Counted from the first letter of the stretch, positions 37,117 to 50,436 are shown. The stretch: DNA of 64,000 bases from Vicugna vicugna (GCA_013265495.1 MU058198.1:4665779-4729778), one strand, 5' to 3'. A program made the numbers and translations. The notes: generated by a model from the sequence alone, not told the origin.

Positions 37117-38017
37117 AAATGGCCCCATGCCTGTTCAGGTCAGGGGTTTTCCTGGGTCTGTCTTCCAGAGGGTGGGCTACACTGGTACATGCTTTCCTAG
37201 GCCTGAGAGCTGTTTGAGGGGGAGCGTGGACAGGCTTGGGCACACGGGCTAGCATATCCACATGCAGGTGCACGAGCTTATGGTGTATAACAGAGCTGAG
37301 AGTGGGCCGAGGGCTCAGAGGTGACTTCCCCCATACACGCGATGAGTCTGAGAACTCTGCATGAGACCCTGGCCTTCTAGGTTGCTGTGAAGGCATATTC
37401 ATCAAGGAAGGAGGCTAGAACATTTTTTACTTAGGTTTTCGTTTTGTAACTGTTTAACATACGGTATACAGGCCTTGTGTTCCCACTCTTGCCCTTGGCT
37501 GTGCGAATGTTAGATATGGGCTGACAGTTGCACCCTGACCTGTTTCATGAAGGAGGCAAATCTGGTCGACTTTATTTTCTCCCAGGAAAAGAAAGGTGCT
37601 TCGTGGTGTCCGTCTTGCCAACATGAAGATGCTAGTTCTGGGCACAGCCACAAGATGCCAGATGGTACCCAGGTGCCAATTGCTAACTAACTGGTGAGTG
37701 ATACTGTTCAGAGACTAGAAAATCCTGAACGCTTTCCATGTGGCCCGGTGGTAACTCATGGGATGTGAAAAAGATTTACTGCTTTGTTTAAACAGAAAGG
37801 ACCACATGTCAAGTGAGCAGGGAAATTTGCCTCTGAAATAGCACCCCTCCCCCATTTTATCACAAATCCTGGTCATCGTCAACCAGCCCTTATGGTAAGC
37901 CAGCACCTTCACACGTAACTCACATGAATCATGTTTCATGGCACATTATTGGGTATCATAGCACTCTTCTTTCCTCACTCAACCTCTTGGAAATAACCTA
38001 AGTAGAGATCATACACT

Positions 38018-38328
38018 CTTTTTTTAAAATCAATCAATTAATTAAATATTTAATTGAAGTATAATCAGTTACAATGTGTCCATTTCTAACGTACAGCATG
38101 TTTCAGTCATCCGTATACATACGTATATTCGTTTTCATATTCTTTCTCATTATAAGTTACTACAAGACATTGAATACAGTTCTCTGTACTATACAGAAGA
38201 AACTTGTTGTTTATCTATTTTATATATAGTAGTTAATATTTGCAAATCTCTGACTCCCAATTTATCCCTTCCCACCCCCTTTCCCCTCAGTAACCGTAAG
38301 TCTGTTTCCTAAGTCTGTGAGTGTGTTT
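38018..38328 (-). mobile_element. Short camelid-type L1 3' end
   Basis: Same 3' UTR family as 58741-59285, antisense. Confidence 0.85.
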
Positions 38329-38744
38329 GTTCCTATCACATTGCTTTTGTCGAGAGATACTGTATTAGCTATACACTGCTGTATGAGAAGTTACCTCCCA
38401 ACTTAGTAGCTTAAAAATAGCATGCTTAGGGGTCAGGGTGTGGCTTAGGTGAGTCCTCTTGCTGAGGGTCTCACATGAGGCTGCAATCAAGGTGTGGGCA
38501 GGGCTGTAGACAACGAGGGGGAACGGGTCCTCTTCCAAGCTCACTCACCTGGTTGTTGGTGGGTTTCACTTCATGGGCTTTGGGACTGAGACGGCCCTCA
38601 GTTTCTGCCACACAAGGTCCCTCCATGGGGCTGCCCACGACAGGGCAACCAGCTTCATCAGAGCAAGAGGAGAAAAGAGCTAGGGAAAGAAAGTAGAAGC
38701 AAGATGAAAGTCACAGTGTTCTGTGTCCTAAACTTGGAAGTGAC

Positions 38745-39820
38745 TGTGGTGTACAAAATTCTAAGCTGTTCCCTAGGTGTACACATCCTTCATATCCCAG
38801 GGCTGTAAGTGGGATCTGGTGTCAGTCACGCCCATGGTTAGATGACATCAGAAGGCTAAAAGGATTTTGCAAATGTAATTAAGGTCTCAAATCTGTTGAC
38901 CCAAAGATAGGGAGATTATCCAGGTGGAACTGACCTAATCACATGAGGCCTGTAGAAGAGTAGCTCCCACATGTATAGTTAATGAGTCTGGGTTTCAAGG
39001 TCAGAGATGAGGGAAGTCAGAGATTCAAAGCACAAGAAGGGTTAGACATGCTCTTGCTGACTTGAAGATGGAGGGGGCCATGCTGTAAGGAATGCAGGTG
39101 TCCCCTAGCAGCTGACAGCAGCCCAGAGATGCCAGCCAGCAAAGGAAACAGGACCCTCAGCTCTACAACTGCAAGAGCTGAATTCTGCCAATGGCAAGAA
39201 TGAGCCTGGAAGTAGGTTTTCCTCCAGAATCTGTAGACACGGACTCAACCTGGCCAGCACCTTGATTTTAAATTTGTGATACTTAGAGCAGGGAACCCAG
39301 CTAATCTACACCCTGACTCCTGGCCCACAGAAAGAGTGAGACAATAAGGTGTATTGCTTTAAGTCTTTACGTGTGTTGTAATATATGATGCAAAGCTGTG
39401 GACTGAACTGTGTCTCCTTCTACCCTCAAACTCACATCTTAAAGCCTTAATCCTACAATGTGACTATTTGGAGATAAGGCCAATAAGGAGGTAACTGAGG
39501 TCGAATGAAGTCATAGGGTGAGACCCTGATCCAATGGGATTAGTGTCCTTATAAGAAGAGACATCACAGCGCTCACTCACTCCTTCCAGACAAACTCACC
39601 AAGGAGAAGTCTTGTAAGGATGCAGTGAGAAGGTGATTGTCTACAAGCCAGGAAGAGAGCTCTCACCAGAAGCCAAATTGGCTGGATCCTTGATCTGGGT
39701 CTTCTAGGCTCCAGAACTGTGGGAAAAAAATAAACATCTGTTGTTTAAACCTATCATCTGTGGTATTTTGTTATGGCATCCCAAGCTGACTAATACACAC
39801 GGTGATAGAAAACCAACAGA
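38745..39820 (+). mobile_element. MLT1D/E-type LTR (middle of the nest)
   Basis: tgtggt start, gattttgcaaatgtaattaagg, cttgaagatggagg; flanks GTGAC/GTGAT. Confidence 0.8.
39394..39797 (+). mobile_element. MLT1A/B-type LTR (innermost)
   Basis: gctgtggactgaactgtgtc...ctgtggtattttgttatggca...gactaataca. Confidence 0.85.
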
Positions 39821-40129
39821 GTGATGTCCCATCATGTTGCTGTTTTATATTCATTAAAAGTAAGTCACTAGATCCAGCCTACACTCAGGAAGAGGGATTC
39901 CATCAGGAGACAGGGATCACTGGGTGCCACCTTAGAAGTCTACCTGCCTCAGATATATTTCACAAAAATATCATGACAAACATTAAGCAGGTGAGATGCT
40001 CATGGACACTGAGAATATTGGGGTAATTCCAGTCCTCAAAACCATCTGTTCCGTGTGCAGTTGTGGCATTATTCTGTTCTCCAAGTGGCCACGGCAAACC
40101 TTGGAGCAACTTGCTTCTTTGTTCAGCTG

Positions 40130-40370
40130 AGTGGCAGTGTGGCACAGTGGTGCTTGGCATGTGGTAGGTTCAAGCCCCAACTCTGCTCCTTACTAGGTAT
40201 GCTATCCTGAGCAAATTGCTTGTATATTCTGAACCTTTGTTTCCTGGCATGTAGAATGGGTGTAAGAAGAATACATGACCCACAGCATCATTAAGAGGAT
40301 TAAATATGTTGATGCATGCAAATTTAGAGCACAATGCCTAGCATATAGTAAATGCTTAAAAATATTACCT
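40130..40370 (+). mobile_element. MIR SINE
   Basis: gaggattaaat...acaatgcctagcatatagtaaatgctt. Confidence 0.7.
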
Positions 40371-40371
40371 G

Positions 40372-40746
40372 CATTAACAAAATTCAACTGAGTCCATTTT
40401 AAAAATCTTATTGGCTTTATCCAGTGATTCATGAATTGGGCAGCATCCAATCTAGCAGATGCAAAGGAGCTCCAAAGAGCTGTCCAAGGCAAGAAATGTT
40501 ATAGGCAGAAGGAACAAGGAAGCTGTACGAGGCAAAGACCAAATTGCTTATTGCAAGGTTACTTTCCCATTAGGGAATGGCAGGGGGCTATTAGTTATTG
40601 GTTACCTAGTTCTCATCAAGCGATTCCTGGGTGACTGGTCTAAGATTCCATTTCAGGGAGAGGGAAAGCTATAGCTGAGTCTAGTTTGGTGACATGGGGC
40701 TTAGCATAAGTGACTCCATTTTGGGTCCGTCGTCTTGTCTTTAACA
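40372..40746 (-). mobile_element. ERV1-type solo LTR
   Basis: ggggcttagcataagtgactccattttg...ttaaca (antisense of the aaaatggagtcac LTR start). Confidence 0.6.
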
Positions 40747-42229
40747 TCGATTATTAATATCACTATCAGGAAGTTCTCCTGGACCACCCAGAATGCCACA
40801 GACAGGTGATGATGTCTGCTTTTCACTGGAGTCAACCGTTGAACTTTTTCATACATTTAATTTCATTTCATGGTCACAGTCCACCCTATGAGATAGATAA
40901 TTATTACCCCCAACTTCCAAATAACAAAACCACTAAGCCCTAGGGAGTCTAGATAATCATACAGCAATTTAGCAATGAAGCCATGATTCAAACCGAGGTT
41001 CCCTGACTCTAAATCCCATTGCCTCTCCCTCCACTGAGCTGCCTTTACTGATGTCCTGGATTTCATGGGGCTCAGGATTTCAGCATCACCAGGTTACAGA
41101 AAAAGAGCTCAGTTCCTTTGCATGGAGAGCACTTCTGGCCCAAGCAGAGGTCTTCCTTCATCCAGGATCCCCAGGTCACCAGGACAACTGAAATTACTTA
41201 AATTTTTACCATTTCTCACTTCCGTTTTTCAAGTTCTAACACCTCAAAAAGCCAGACCTGCTGGGAATATCCCACACAACTCTCTGGGAGAGCATGTGAG
41301 TGGTTGGAAGGTGGGTTGGAAGCCAAATTCTCCAGATCTTCCCCAGGCTGGCCTGTGTTTCATCACCTGCAGCCCTGGAACTCTAGTCTGAGGCTGAATG
41401 TCGGGGAGAGGGAGGGCTGGGTGTAAATTCCTGCACCCCCATCCGTGCCGCTGGGCATCTGGGGGCCCTGGAGTGCCGCAGTCCATTAAGGAATTACTTC
41501 AGTGCTAATGCTTTCCACGGAGAAGTGCTGTTCTGCTGAGGCCTCCTGGGGGGGAGCTGGAAGAGCTTCATTTCTATTCGTTCTATTCTCTGCGTTTCTC
41601 GATTTAATGAGGTCTTTACTTTTGCCTTTAAGGGTGCTCTCACCCCTGTGGAGGCTAGCTGAGGGAGCAGGGAAAGAAGGGAGGAGAGGGACCGGAAGGG
41701 TAACCCCACACGTGCGGAGAAGGAGCTGGCTGTCTCTGGCTCCCCGCCTTTGGCCAGTGCCACCTCTCCCTTTCCCGAAATTCCAGATTTGGTGTCTCAA
41801 AGACCTCCCACCTTCTGGTTGGACCTGCCCCAGTTACAGAGCAGACTTCCTCAGGGGCACAGAATTTAACAGTCTCCACCCCCAGACCAGCAGGGATCAG
41901 AATGAATTCATATTCTCAGAAAATAGAGTCAGCACAATAGCTGGGCCTCTGGCTGCCTCCCCTGTCCCTGCTCTTCCTTCCCAGGCTCTGTCCCTGCCAG
42001 TCAGACACCAGTCACTGGATGGAGAGTTCTGGGAGATCCCCGGATGCCCACAGAGTATTGAAGACAGAACTTCTGGAATGTGGAGTTTCACTCAGTGTTT
42101 CTTCTGTTCAAGAGCCTGGGCTTCCAGTTTGACTGACCACCCCATTGTCCTCCCAACGACGCTGCTCACCGCTCTAGACCTACCTTTAGTCTCAAACTCA
42201 AACCCAGCATAATTGTCTGGAGTTCTTTT

Positions 42230-42800
42230 TACTCTTGCTTTTATATGTTGAATACTTTGGGGTTGTCTTCTGGATGCTATGAATGCTATGTTGTGAATTT
42301 TGTTATCTTTCTCCAAAGAGTATTGATGTTTATACGTTAATTTAGTTAGGTGGCTGGCAACTCAAATCTCAGTTTCAATATTTTATACTTGGCTGGGCTG
42401 TTTACAGCCCATGCATATGTGGTCCAGGCGTCAGCCAGAGACTTGGGGCAGAATCTGGGCACAGAATTTAGACTCTCCCCATCCTATAATCACAACCTGT
42501 CAGACTCCTAAATATCCCCCAGGTGACTGGACTTTGTGCTACCATGGCCTAAGGATTGCTTACTCAGATGCCGCCAAGAATTAGTGTTGAGAGGGTTATG
42601 TAGCCTTTGGACTCTCTGTGTACACTGTCTAGTTCTCTCTGTGCCAAGTCACTTTTATCCATGCCCGTCCCAGTTCCCCTCCATCATCCTACAATGTTTA
42701 AGAAACTGCTTTTACCCTTTACTCTCTGGATGTATATCTTTAGTATAACCAATACGTTTCTTTCAACCTGGAATTAATTTACCAATAACAGAATGGAGCT
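42230..42800 (-). mobile_element. Old L1 5' region fragment (partly duplicated at 46505-46752)
   Basis: tcagccagagacttggggcaga...cacagaattt motif. Confidence 0.65.
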
Positions 42801-43085
42801 GACATTAACTTCTGGGAGAGCTCAATGCAGTAAGCCACTGCAGAAAACTGTCTTGATGTAAGTTGCTGGTGATCAGTCACCAGACACCAGATTCAGAGTC
42901 ACAGGTGATCTTTCCATGACCATATGGTCTGAAAAGCAGCACTTCTGGCATACAGGGCTCCACCCAATTTTTATTTCTTTAAAGAGACTGGTCCTCCAGC
43001 TCGATTGGCCATGCCATAGTCTTCCCAGTGACTTTACTTAATGCTATAGACTCAACTTGGGTCGAAAGTTCAACCCTACCCTCAC

Positions 43086-43206
43086 TGTCTAGAACCCTTA
43101 GACATGCTTAGGAACTCAGGAACTGGGTTAACAGGGAGAAGTAAACTAAGGTCAAGCATGATGGAAGATTGAGACACCACTGTGCACTCAGGTTGACCCC
43201 ATCCAT
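43086..43206 (-). pseudogene. Candidate exon, 121 bp, phase 1->2, open (GWGQPECTVVSQSSIMLDL...SKGSR)
   Basis: gtcactctcttgtag acceptor, ACA|gtgagg donor. Confidence 0.4.
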
Positions 43207-43329
43207 CTACAAGAGAGTGACAAACTCAGACTTGGGCTACCCTGTCAGCTAGTGTTCAAAGTCAAGCAGTTGTTGGCAGTGGAGTTACTGGAGAATGGTT
43301 CCTTCTTAATATCACCTGCCATGATCTGG

Positions 43330-43522
43330 GGCTAAACATGGTTCTTTCTTCTGGCCGTACGTTGGAATCCCCAAGGGTGCATTTGAAATTTCAGATGCCT
43401 GGTCTCTGACTCAGAGATAATGACTCAATTGGCCTGGGCATTAGTGATTTTGGAAAACTCCCCATGTAATTCTAATGGGCAAGTACCGACAGTACCGACA
43501 GTAATGAGAACTGTTGGCCTAA
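43330..43522. mobile_element. MER5A/B (hAT-Charlie)
   Basis: ttggaatccccaaggg...cagatgcctgg...ctccccatgtaattctaatg. Confidence 0.7.
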
Positions 43523-43951
43523 AGAGAATAGAGAGGATTTCGGGCTTGATGGTGGCAACCAGGTGGAATGCTCTAGCACTGACTTGGAACTGCAATATGA
43601 GGCAGAAGGAAAAAAAAAACCTAACCGTAGACTAGGCCAACCCAGATGAGTTTGGTGATTTCTTCCAGATCCACCAGTTGTAGTCTAGTCCAGGTCCTCC
43701 TCCACCACCAACTAAAAGGCTGAGGTTCCTAGTGGACCACCAGAAAACTCCCTGCTGAGTTTTGGTTAAGGGACTGAACTGAACTGAGTTTAGGAGTGAA
43801 GGGCCCCACTGACCACACATGGATGAGTAAGGGGCTGACATTTTGGTAGCATCACTCTTCCCAGTAAAATTGCGTCCTTAATATCATTCTCTCACATAAA
43901 ACTCTTCCAGGAGTCTCCTTTAAGTTGTTACAGTAAGAGGAGGCTATAGAC

Positions 43952-44055
43952 CTGAGATTCATAGAGGATAAAATGGGCCATTGAAGAGCCTTCCTTTTGG
44001 AGTGAAATGGGCCAAGTAGATTCTTTTTACAAAGTTAACCAGGAAAGAAAGCCAT
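43952..44055 (-). pseudogene. Candidate exon, 104 bp, phase 2->1, one stop (WLSFLVNFVKRIYLAHFTPKGRLFNGPFYPL*IS)
   Basis: gtttgttttcag acceptor; donor CAG|gtctat is weak. Confidence 0.35.
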
Positions 44056-45004
44056 CTGAAAACAAACCCTGCAAATGATGGCGATGTGCAGAGAGGGGAT
44101 TGAGCCTGGAATGTGGTGTAGGAGGTAGGCAATGCTAATGGCCGAACAATGATCCATTAGCTTGTGGAGTTGAGCAACTGTTGGGTTTGCTACCAACCGT
44201 ATCCAAGTGAGAGCTCCTCAGGGACACGCAATGGCTGTCAGTCCTTGGAATAAAGCTGTGTGAGGCTGCTGATGCCTTTGGCTGGTTTCAGTGAGCAGAT
44301 GTTGCCTAACGTAGCTCAGCCTCATTTCCATACAAGCAGCCCGTGCCCTGTCCCAGGCAACCTCAGAGCAAGGTCCTTTGCTTTCCCAGAATTCACAGTG
44401 CCTGAGTTCTAGGTGAGGATGGATGGAGGATGCAGGGGTTGCTTCTGAAACTGATTTTGGGGGAGGGAATAAATAAACTAACCACTTAATATGACACTTT
44501 TCTCATAGCTAACATGTTGTCCCTCCCAGTTCTGCTTTGTGCTGGGACAGCACAAGAATCTTACATTCATTCCTATAAAATATTTATCAAGTGTCTATTT
44601 TGGGAAGGGACTTTTTTAGGCATGGAGGATGGATGAGCACAACAGATAATTTCTGCCTTCAGAGTGCTTCTAGTCCAGGGAGAGACAAAAATAGCCAAGT
44701 GTCCCAATAAATAAATAAATATCAGTAAGCATAAAAGCTAGGAGGGAGAAAATACAGGGTGACCTGAGCACCAGAAACTCATCCCAGGGAACAACAGGAA
44801 CAATAGATAAATGGACTTTATCAAAATTGAAAGCTTTTATGCTGCCATGGAAGTGATGTAGTGAAAAATACAACCCAATTTTTTTTTTTTTAAAGAAAGG
44901 GTCTTGTTTCCACATTAGATTGTGAGCATTCTTTTTTAAGTGGCAATGGTTTACATGCCTATCTAATTTTAACCTTATGGCACACAAAACTGGGCTTGGT
45001 ACTT

Positions 45005-45448
45005 GAGATGAGTTCAGTAATGGCTTCCCGCTCAAGAGATGTGTCCAAGTCTCAACTTCCAGGCCCTGTGAACATTAGTTTATTTGGAAAGAAGTTCTTT
45101 GCAAATGTAATTAAGTTGAAGACCTTGAGATGAGATCATTCTGGGTTACCTAGATGGGACTTAAATCAAAAGACAAGTGTCTGTTAAAGATGAAGAGGAG
45201 ACACAGATAGAGGAGAAGGCCATGTGAAAACAAAAGCAGAGGCTGAAGTTGTGCATTCACAATCCAGGGAACACCTGGAGCCATGAGAAAATGGAAGAGA
45301 CAAGGAAAAATCGTTCTCTAGAGCCTTCAGGGTTCTATACCTTAATTTCAGACTTCTGGCCTCCAGAACTGTAGGAGAATACGTTTCTGCTGTGTTAAGC
45401 CACCCATTTCGTAGTAATTTGTTACAGCAGCCACAGGAAACTAATACG
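45005..45448 (+). mobile_element. MLT1C-type solo LTR
   Basis: tttgcaaatgtaattaagtt...ttctggcctccagaactgt...ttgttacagcagccacaggaaactaatac. Confidence 0.85.
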
Positions 45449-45939
45449 GTACTTAGTAGATTATGAATAAATATTGATTGAGTGAGGATGTTAACAATAA
45501 AGTCCATCAAAAAACAGAAGGGAAGAAAGGGAGGATTGTAGTTAGTAATTTTTAAGAATCTGCTGTACACAAGACACTGCTGTGATATTTTCACAACTAT
45601 TAACTTCCTTTGATGGAGCAAATCAGGGTGATTAACTACATGGATTTTGACGTTAGAGCCAGGTTCAAGTCCCCCTTCCACCACTTATTTTATATGTGAA
45701 ACCAGGCAATCTGTGTAATCTGTGTGTATTTCAGTTCCTCCATCCGTAAAATGGGAAAAATCATAGCATCTAAAGTGGTTGTGAAGAGTAATGAGAAGTA
45801 GAATTAATATTTGAGATAAGCTATTTCTCTGATAATAGTTGGGTCTTGAAGGGCTAACACTTCTACAGAAAGATGAGCTCTAGACAGACATTGCTCCCAG
45901 GATTTAGTTACAGCTTTTTAGCAGTCTTATTACAAAATG

Positions 45940-47070
45940 CCTTGGCATGGTTTTCTTCATATTTGTTCTGTTTGCTGAACTTCTTGATTCTGTAAATTTA
46001 TGTCTTTCATCAAATTTAAGAAGTTTTCAGCCACTATTTCTTCAAATTAATTTTTTTACTCTATTCTTTCTCTGTTTCAGTGACTCTAAAAATCCGCATG
46101 TTAGATCTGTTGATTCTCCCCCTACACAGATCCTTGTACAGGTTTTCCCAGTATTTTTTCTTTCTCTTCACTTTAGATAAGCTTTATCAATCTCTCTTCA
46201 AATTTACTTCTACTGACTCTTTTCTATCTTGTCTCCATTCTGTTTTTAACCCCATCCAATAAATTTTAATTTCAGATACTATGTTTTTATTTCTAAAATT
46301 TCCAATTGACCCTTTTTCATATTTTGTTTCTCTACTGAGCTATCCTATCTTTTCATTCATTGTGAGCATATTTTCTTTTATCCATGGAGCATATTTATAC
46401 TGTTTTAAAGTCCTTACCTGATAATTTTAATACCTGAGATATTTCAGAGTTGGCCTCTGTTGGCTTTTTTTTTTCTCTTTTTTTAGAGAATAGGCTACAT
46501 TTTCTGTATTTTCACATGTTGAATAGTTTGGGATTGTATTCTGGGCATTGTAAATTTTATGTTGTGAGTTCTGTTATATTTCTCCAAAGAGTGTTGATGT
46601 TTTTAACCTACATGAATTTGGTTAGGTAGATGGCAACTCAAATCTCGGTTTCAATGTATTTTATATTTGGCTGGGCTATTTATAGCACACGCATATGTGG
46701 CCCAGGCATCAGCCAGAGACTTGGGGCAGACTCTGTACACAGAATTCAGACTTCTTCTTCTCTGATTCTTTTATTTTTTATTTTTTGACGTTCTCTCCTC
46801 ACTCTTCAGCAGTCATAGTTGCACCAGGTTCCACCTCTTTGTTCCTTGGGCCAGAAAATTGGGTTTTCTCTGGCTTTACATTGCCTAAATCATGACTGGA
46901 GTCTGCCATCAGGGAAACTCACTTTATCATGATTGCTTCTTCCAAGTTTTGACTCTCTTCCAAAAATCACACTCTAGAACATTAAGGTGGTGTCTCAAGC
47001 ATATAGCTGCTATTTGTAAGAGGGTCAGTCTATTGAAACATACTCCCTCATCCTGAAGGAAGAATCTTGC
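45940..47070 (-). mobile_element. Old L1 (L1M4/L1MC-like) ORF1/5' region
   Basis: tcatcaaatttaagaagttttcagccactatttcttcaaa (antisense ENF motif of ORF1). Confidence 0.75.
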
Positions 47071-47724
47071 ATTTAGCCATAGATGGAAAATGTGAAGCAC
47101 TTAAATAATGTCTAGGCTAATATAATCCTCAACAATAATCACTGTTGATTATTTGCATCCTAACACCATGTAAGATAAGCATTATTATTCCCATTATGCA
47201 GAATAAGAGTGAGGGCTCAGAGAAGTTAAGTAACTTACCCAGCATTTTGTAGCTTGTGATTGGACCTTTATCAAATGGAGTGAGTTTCAATTTGGAATTT
47301 TGGCTGGCAATTTCCATTCCTGTTCTCTCCTGAGTTTTGAATGACCCTGAATATCTAAGCTTCGTTGATTCCCATCTGTAGATGGAGATTCATAATTGTG
47401 CTGCTGAACCCCTGCTGCTGCTTTTCATTAGGAGAAATGGTCTTGAAGGAGTTACTGAAGAGTGTCAGGCTCAGATTTACCTTGGGAGCAGATGCAATAA
47501 ATAACAACAATTACTATTTAAATGGGGATGAGAAAAGGACCCATGAAGCCTCAAAAGGCTCTACTAGGCTCCCACAAAGACAGCTCCTGCCTTTATTAAC
47601 TATGTCGCACGGATCAGTAATTATTTCTTTGAGTCTCAGTTTCTTCATCTGCAAATTGGGTGTAATAATTCCTAATCCCCAAACTGGGAGAGTCAGTGAG
47701 AAAGCTGACTTACCCCATGCTCAC

Positions 47725-47879
47725 CTTTGTCCTTCACAATCGGCAGATGTAAGCTGGCAGAATTGGAATAGTGACTCCATTTGCAACCCAAAGAGAAAGG
47801 TGACAAAAGTCAGTGGCTCAGAGGAGACCAATAATTTCTCTTTGGGTTTTCCCATGATATGGGTGTACTTTTCAGACGG
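47725..47879 (-). pseudogene. Candidate exon, 155 bp, phase 0->2, open (PSEKYTHIMGKPKEK...SADCEGQ)
   Basis: cctcattcccag acceptor, AAG|gtgagc donor. Confidence 0.45.
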
Positions 47880-48882
47880 CTGGGAATGAGGCTTCCACTC
47901 GCCCGGGAGGCCAGTCCTGGGCAACAGTCCCTCCTCCTCACTGCCACACACCACCACTTTCTCCTGAGGGTGGCCCCGGGCTTTGGCAAAACATTAGGCA
48001 GCTGACAAGACAGCACACAGTTTCTGGGGAAGTGGCTGCTTCTTATTCCTTGACTCTTCATTTTTATTTTTAATTTTCTTATCCTTGTCCTGCCCCACAG
48101 CAGGGAGAATCCTCACATATGCTATGGTATTAAGTTCTTGCAATGGAACAATGGAACAAGTCATAAAAAGGAGAATTGGTAATTCCCCAGTCTCCCTTGG
48201 GAGGGGCTTGAATAAACAAAACTATTGGTTTAAATCCTTTGGACTTATGTTTGGAAATATGGGTTCATCTAATGTTTATCGCATAGGTTTTATTAGCCCC
48301 ATTTAACACATAAGGAAACTGAGAGTCAGGGATGTTGTGACTTGTGCCAAGTCCCACGGCTTCTTAGTGCAGAGCTGATATTCAGCGTCATTAAGGTCCA
48401 CTGAAAAGTGAATGAGGCTGGAGGAACACCGTTTCTTTAGACTCTTGTCTCTGGCTTTTATCTGTAATTTTATAGCTGTGGTCCAGATTAGAGACTTAAT
48501 CCTATATTTTCTCAGAGATTTTGCTTTGGGTTTTTTTTTTTCCTTTTTTTTGTATGGAAACTTGGAGGGTGGGAACCAAATGTGTGCATCCATTTCAGTT
48601 CAGAGAATGCATTTTAAATGTCTGTGGGACGACACAAGAATAGACTTACACAAACTGTACGTTTCAGGTCTGTTTACACCCCCTGTTTTATTTCTGGCAC
48701 CTGGCTCTTTTTTCTACAGTATCACAGCTGCCTCCTTTCCAGCACAATCCTTTCCTGCCTTCTATCTGCCCAGGAACCACATACACTAGTAAAGACGTAG
48801 AGCAGCAAATGTGCTCAGTGTCCTCCGAGAGTTGAAACAAACACCCCCGCGCTGAAAGACTCAGCTCTTTCCACAGGCTCAC

Positions 48883-48957
48883 CTCCTCTCCGTCATGGCT
48901 CTGCTGAGGAAGGATTTGTCCAAGTTGGTTTCTGAGTCCATGTCTGGTGGGTGACAG
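48883..48957 (-). pseudogene. Candidate exon, 75 bp, phase 0->0, open (LSPTRHGLRNQLGQILPQQSHDGEE)
   Basis: Moderate acceptor ctcttacatctggacag, strong GAG|gtgagc donor. Confidence 0.35.
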
Positions 48958-49595
48958 CTGTCCAGATGTAAGAGGTGTTATGCATTTGGAGAATGAAGTT
49001 ATTTGGCTGAATTGATGGTGTGTGACCATGAGTGGCAGATGTCTGTTTTTGTGCTGGGCATCGCACCCTTACTCCTCTTGGTTTCCAAAACAGACATGTG
49101 GAGAGAGATGAATGTGAGGCAAACACCACTTCCCTTTGTAGGAAAGAATAACATTATTCTCAGTGTGTGAAGTCCTGCCATGAGGGTCTAAAGCTAGTTC
49201 ACACCTTCTGCCTTTTCAGAAAGCCTTGATGATTTTTCTCCTTGACCTCTTCATCCATTGGAGGCCAGAGGGTGAATGGGTACTAAAGGATCCCCCTGGC
49301 AAGCTCCATCTTCTCTGGACTTTCCATGCTGAGTCTGTTCAAGGTGGAAATCTCCCTTCAGGACTGCAGTATCTGTCCTGGCCTTAACTGCAGTAGAATG
49401 GGACATTGGATGGGTTCTTCTGGATGGAATTGTTTACACAAGGGATAGAGGCCAATGGGAATCAAATGTTCCAATCTTATCATCAGGACACATGGTCTAC
49501 ACCCAGCACACAGCTTCCAACAAGCTGGGTTACAGTGTACAGCCAAAGCTGATGCCTGCAGGGTTTCTGTCTCTCCTGTAAAGCCCAAACCTCAC

Positions 49596-49830
49596 ATCTT
49601 GACGTTTATGGTTTGTGACCAATAATATGAAAATGTTCAAACAGGCTCGGGTGAGGAGAAGATCAGAAATGTCCAGGGTAAGCTTGCTGCTGGTATCATA
49701 GAAGTCTAAAGAAGGAGAGAGGGCCATAAACACATATATGACCTTCACCATGTATGACCTCTGCTCATTCGAGAACATGCCCCAGTCAGTATCCTTGATT
49801 TTGACAGCGCATGAGTAGCGCTTCTCCCTT
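49596..49830 (-). pseudogene. Candidate exon, 235 bp, phase 2->0, open (REKRYSCAVKIKDTDWG...LVTNHKRQD)
   Basis: tcattcttcctcag acceptor (alternative ctccttctttag at 49705), GAT|gtgagg donor; lies within the 121-aa ORF 49530..49895. Confidence 0.5.
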
Positions 49831-50436
49831 CTGAGGAAGAATGAGATTGGGAGCAGGAGACAGTGTTTGCCTTGCATCCCGACTGAAACAAGCACTTAAG
49901 GCTTACACTTTCCCCCCCTTTCTCAGGTCCTCACTGACATCATCCAAGGAACATGAAAATAGGAGGAAAATCTGCATTAGCAATAGAACTTGGAGAGAGT
50001 GACTCCATGGGCAAAAGGATCAAGGAATTTCTCCTAGAATGCAAAAGGCATCAATGTGAATAGATGCCTTGAGAGCTGGCCCAACTCTCCTTCCTAACAT
50101 TACAGTGGAAAATAAATAAAAGGGACCTTGCCAGACCTTGACCACCATCAGCTGGCTTGGAAGGGGTATGGCTGGAGGCTGGAAGACATCTGAGAAACAC
50201 TGGACTCTGAATCCTTTTTTACTCCTATTGAGCTTTGCAGAGCTGGGAGGCCCCAGAGAGGGAGTGGAGATACAGCACCAGGAAAGGGGCCAGTTACCAC
50301 ATATGCGAGGGATGAGGACAGGCCAAACAGAAGATGCCAAATTCTAGGTGGTTGCTTGGTTGGGAAGTCGTAGAGAATATCAGTATGATGGTTGGATGAC
50401 TGGACTGTGCAGCAGCGTAGCTCTTAATAATCATTC

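Larger units (their letters stand above)
38361..39951 (-). mobile_element. MLT1F/G/H-type LTR (outer host of a nest)
   Basis: tgtattagcta start; resumes at 39821 (agtaagtcactagatccagcctacactca). Confidence 0.7.

Noticed and set aside
41502..42212. Longest ORF (236 aa)
   Set aside because: No recognisable domain, composition typical of GC-rich non-coding DNA, no supporting gene structure
45184..47889. ORFs of 166 aa and 174 aa
   Set aside because: They run through MLT1C/MIR sequence and are best explained as chance open frames
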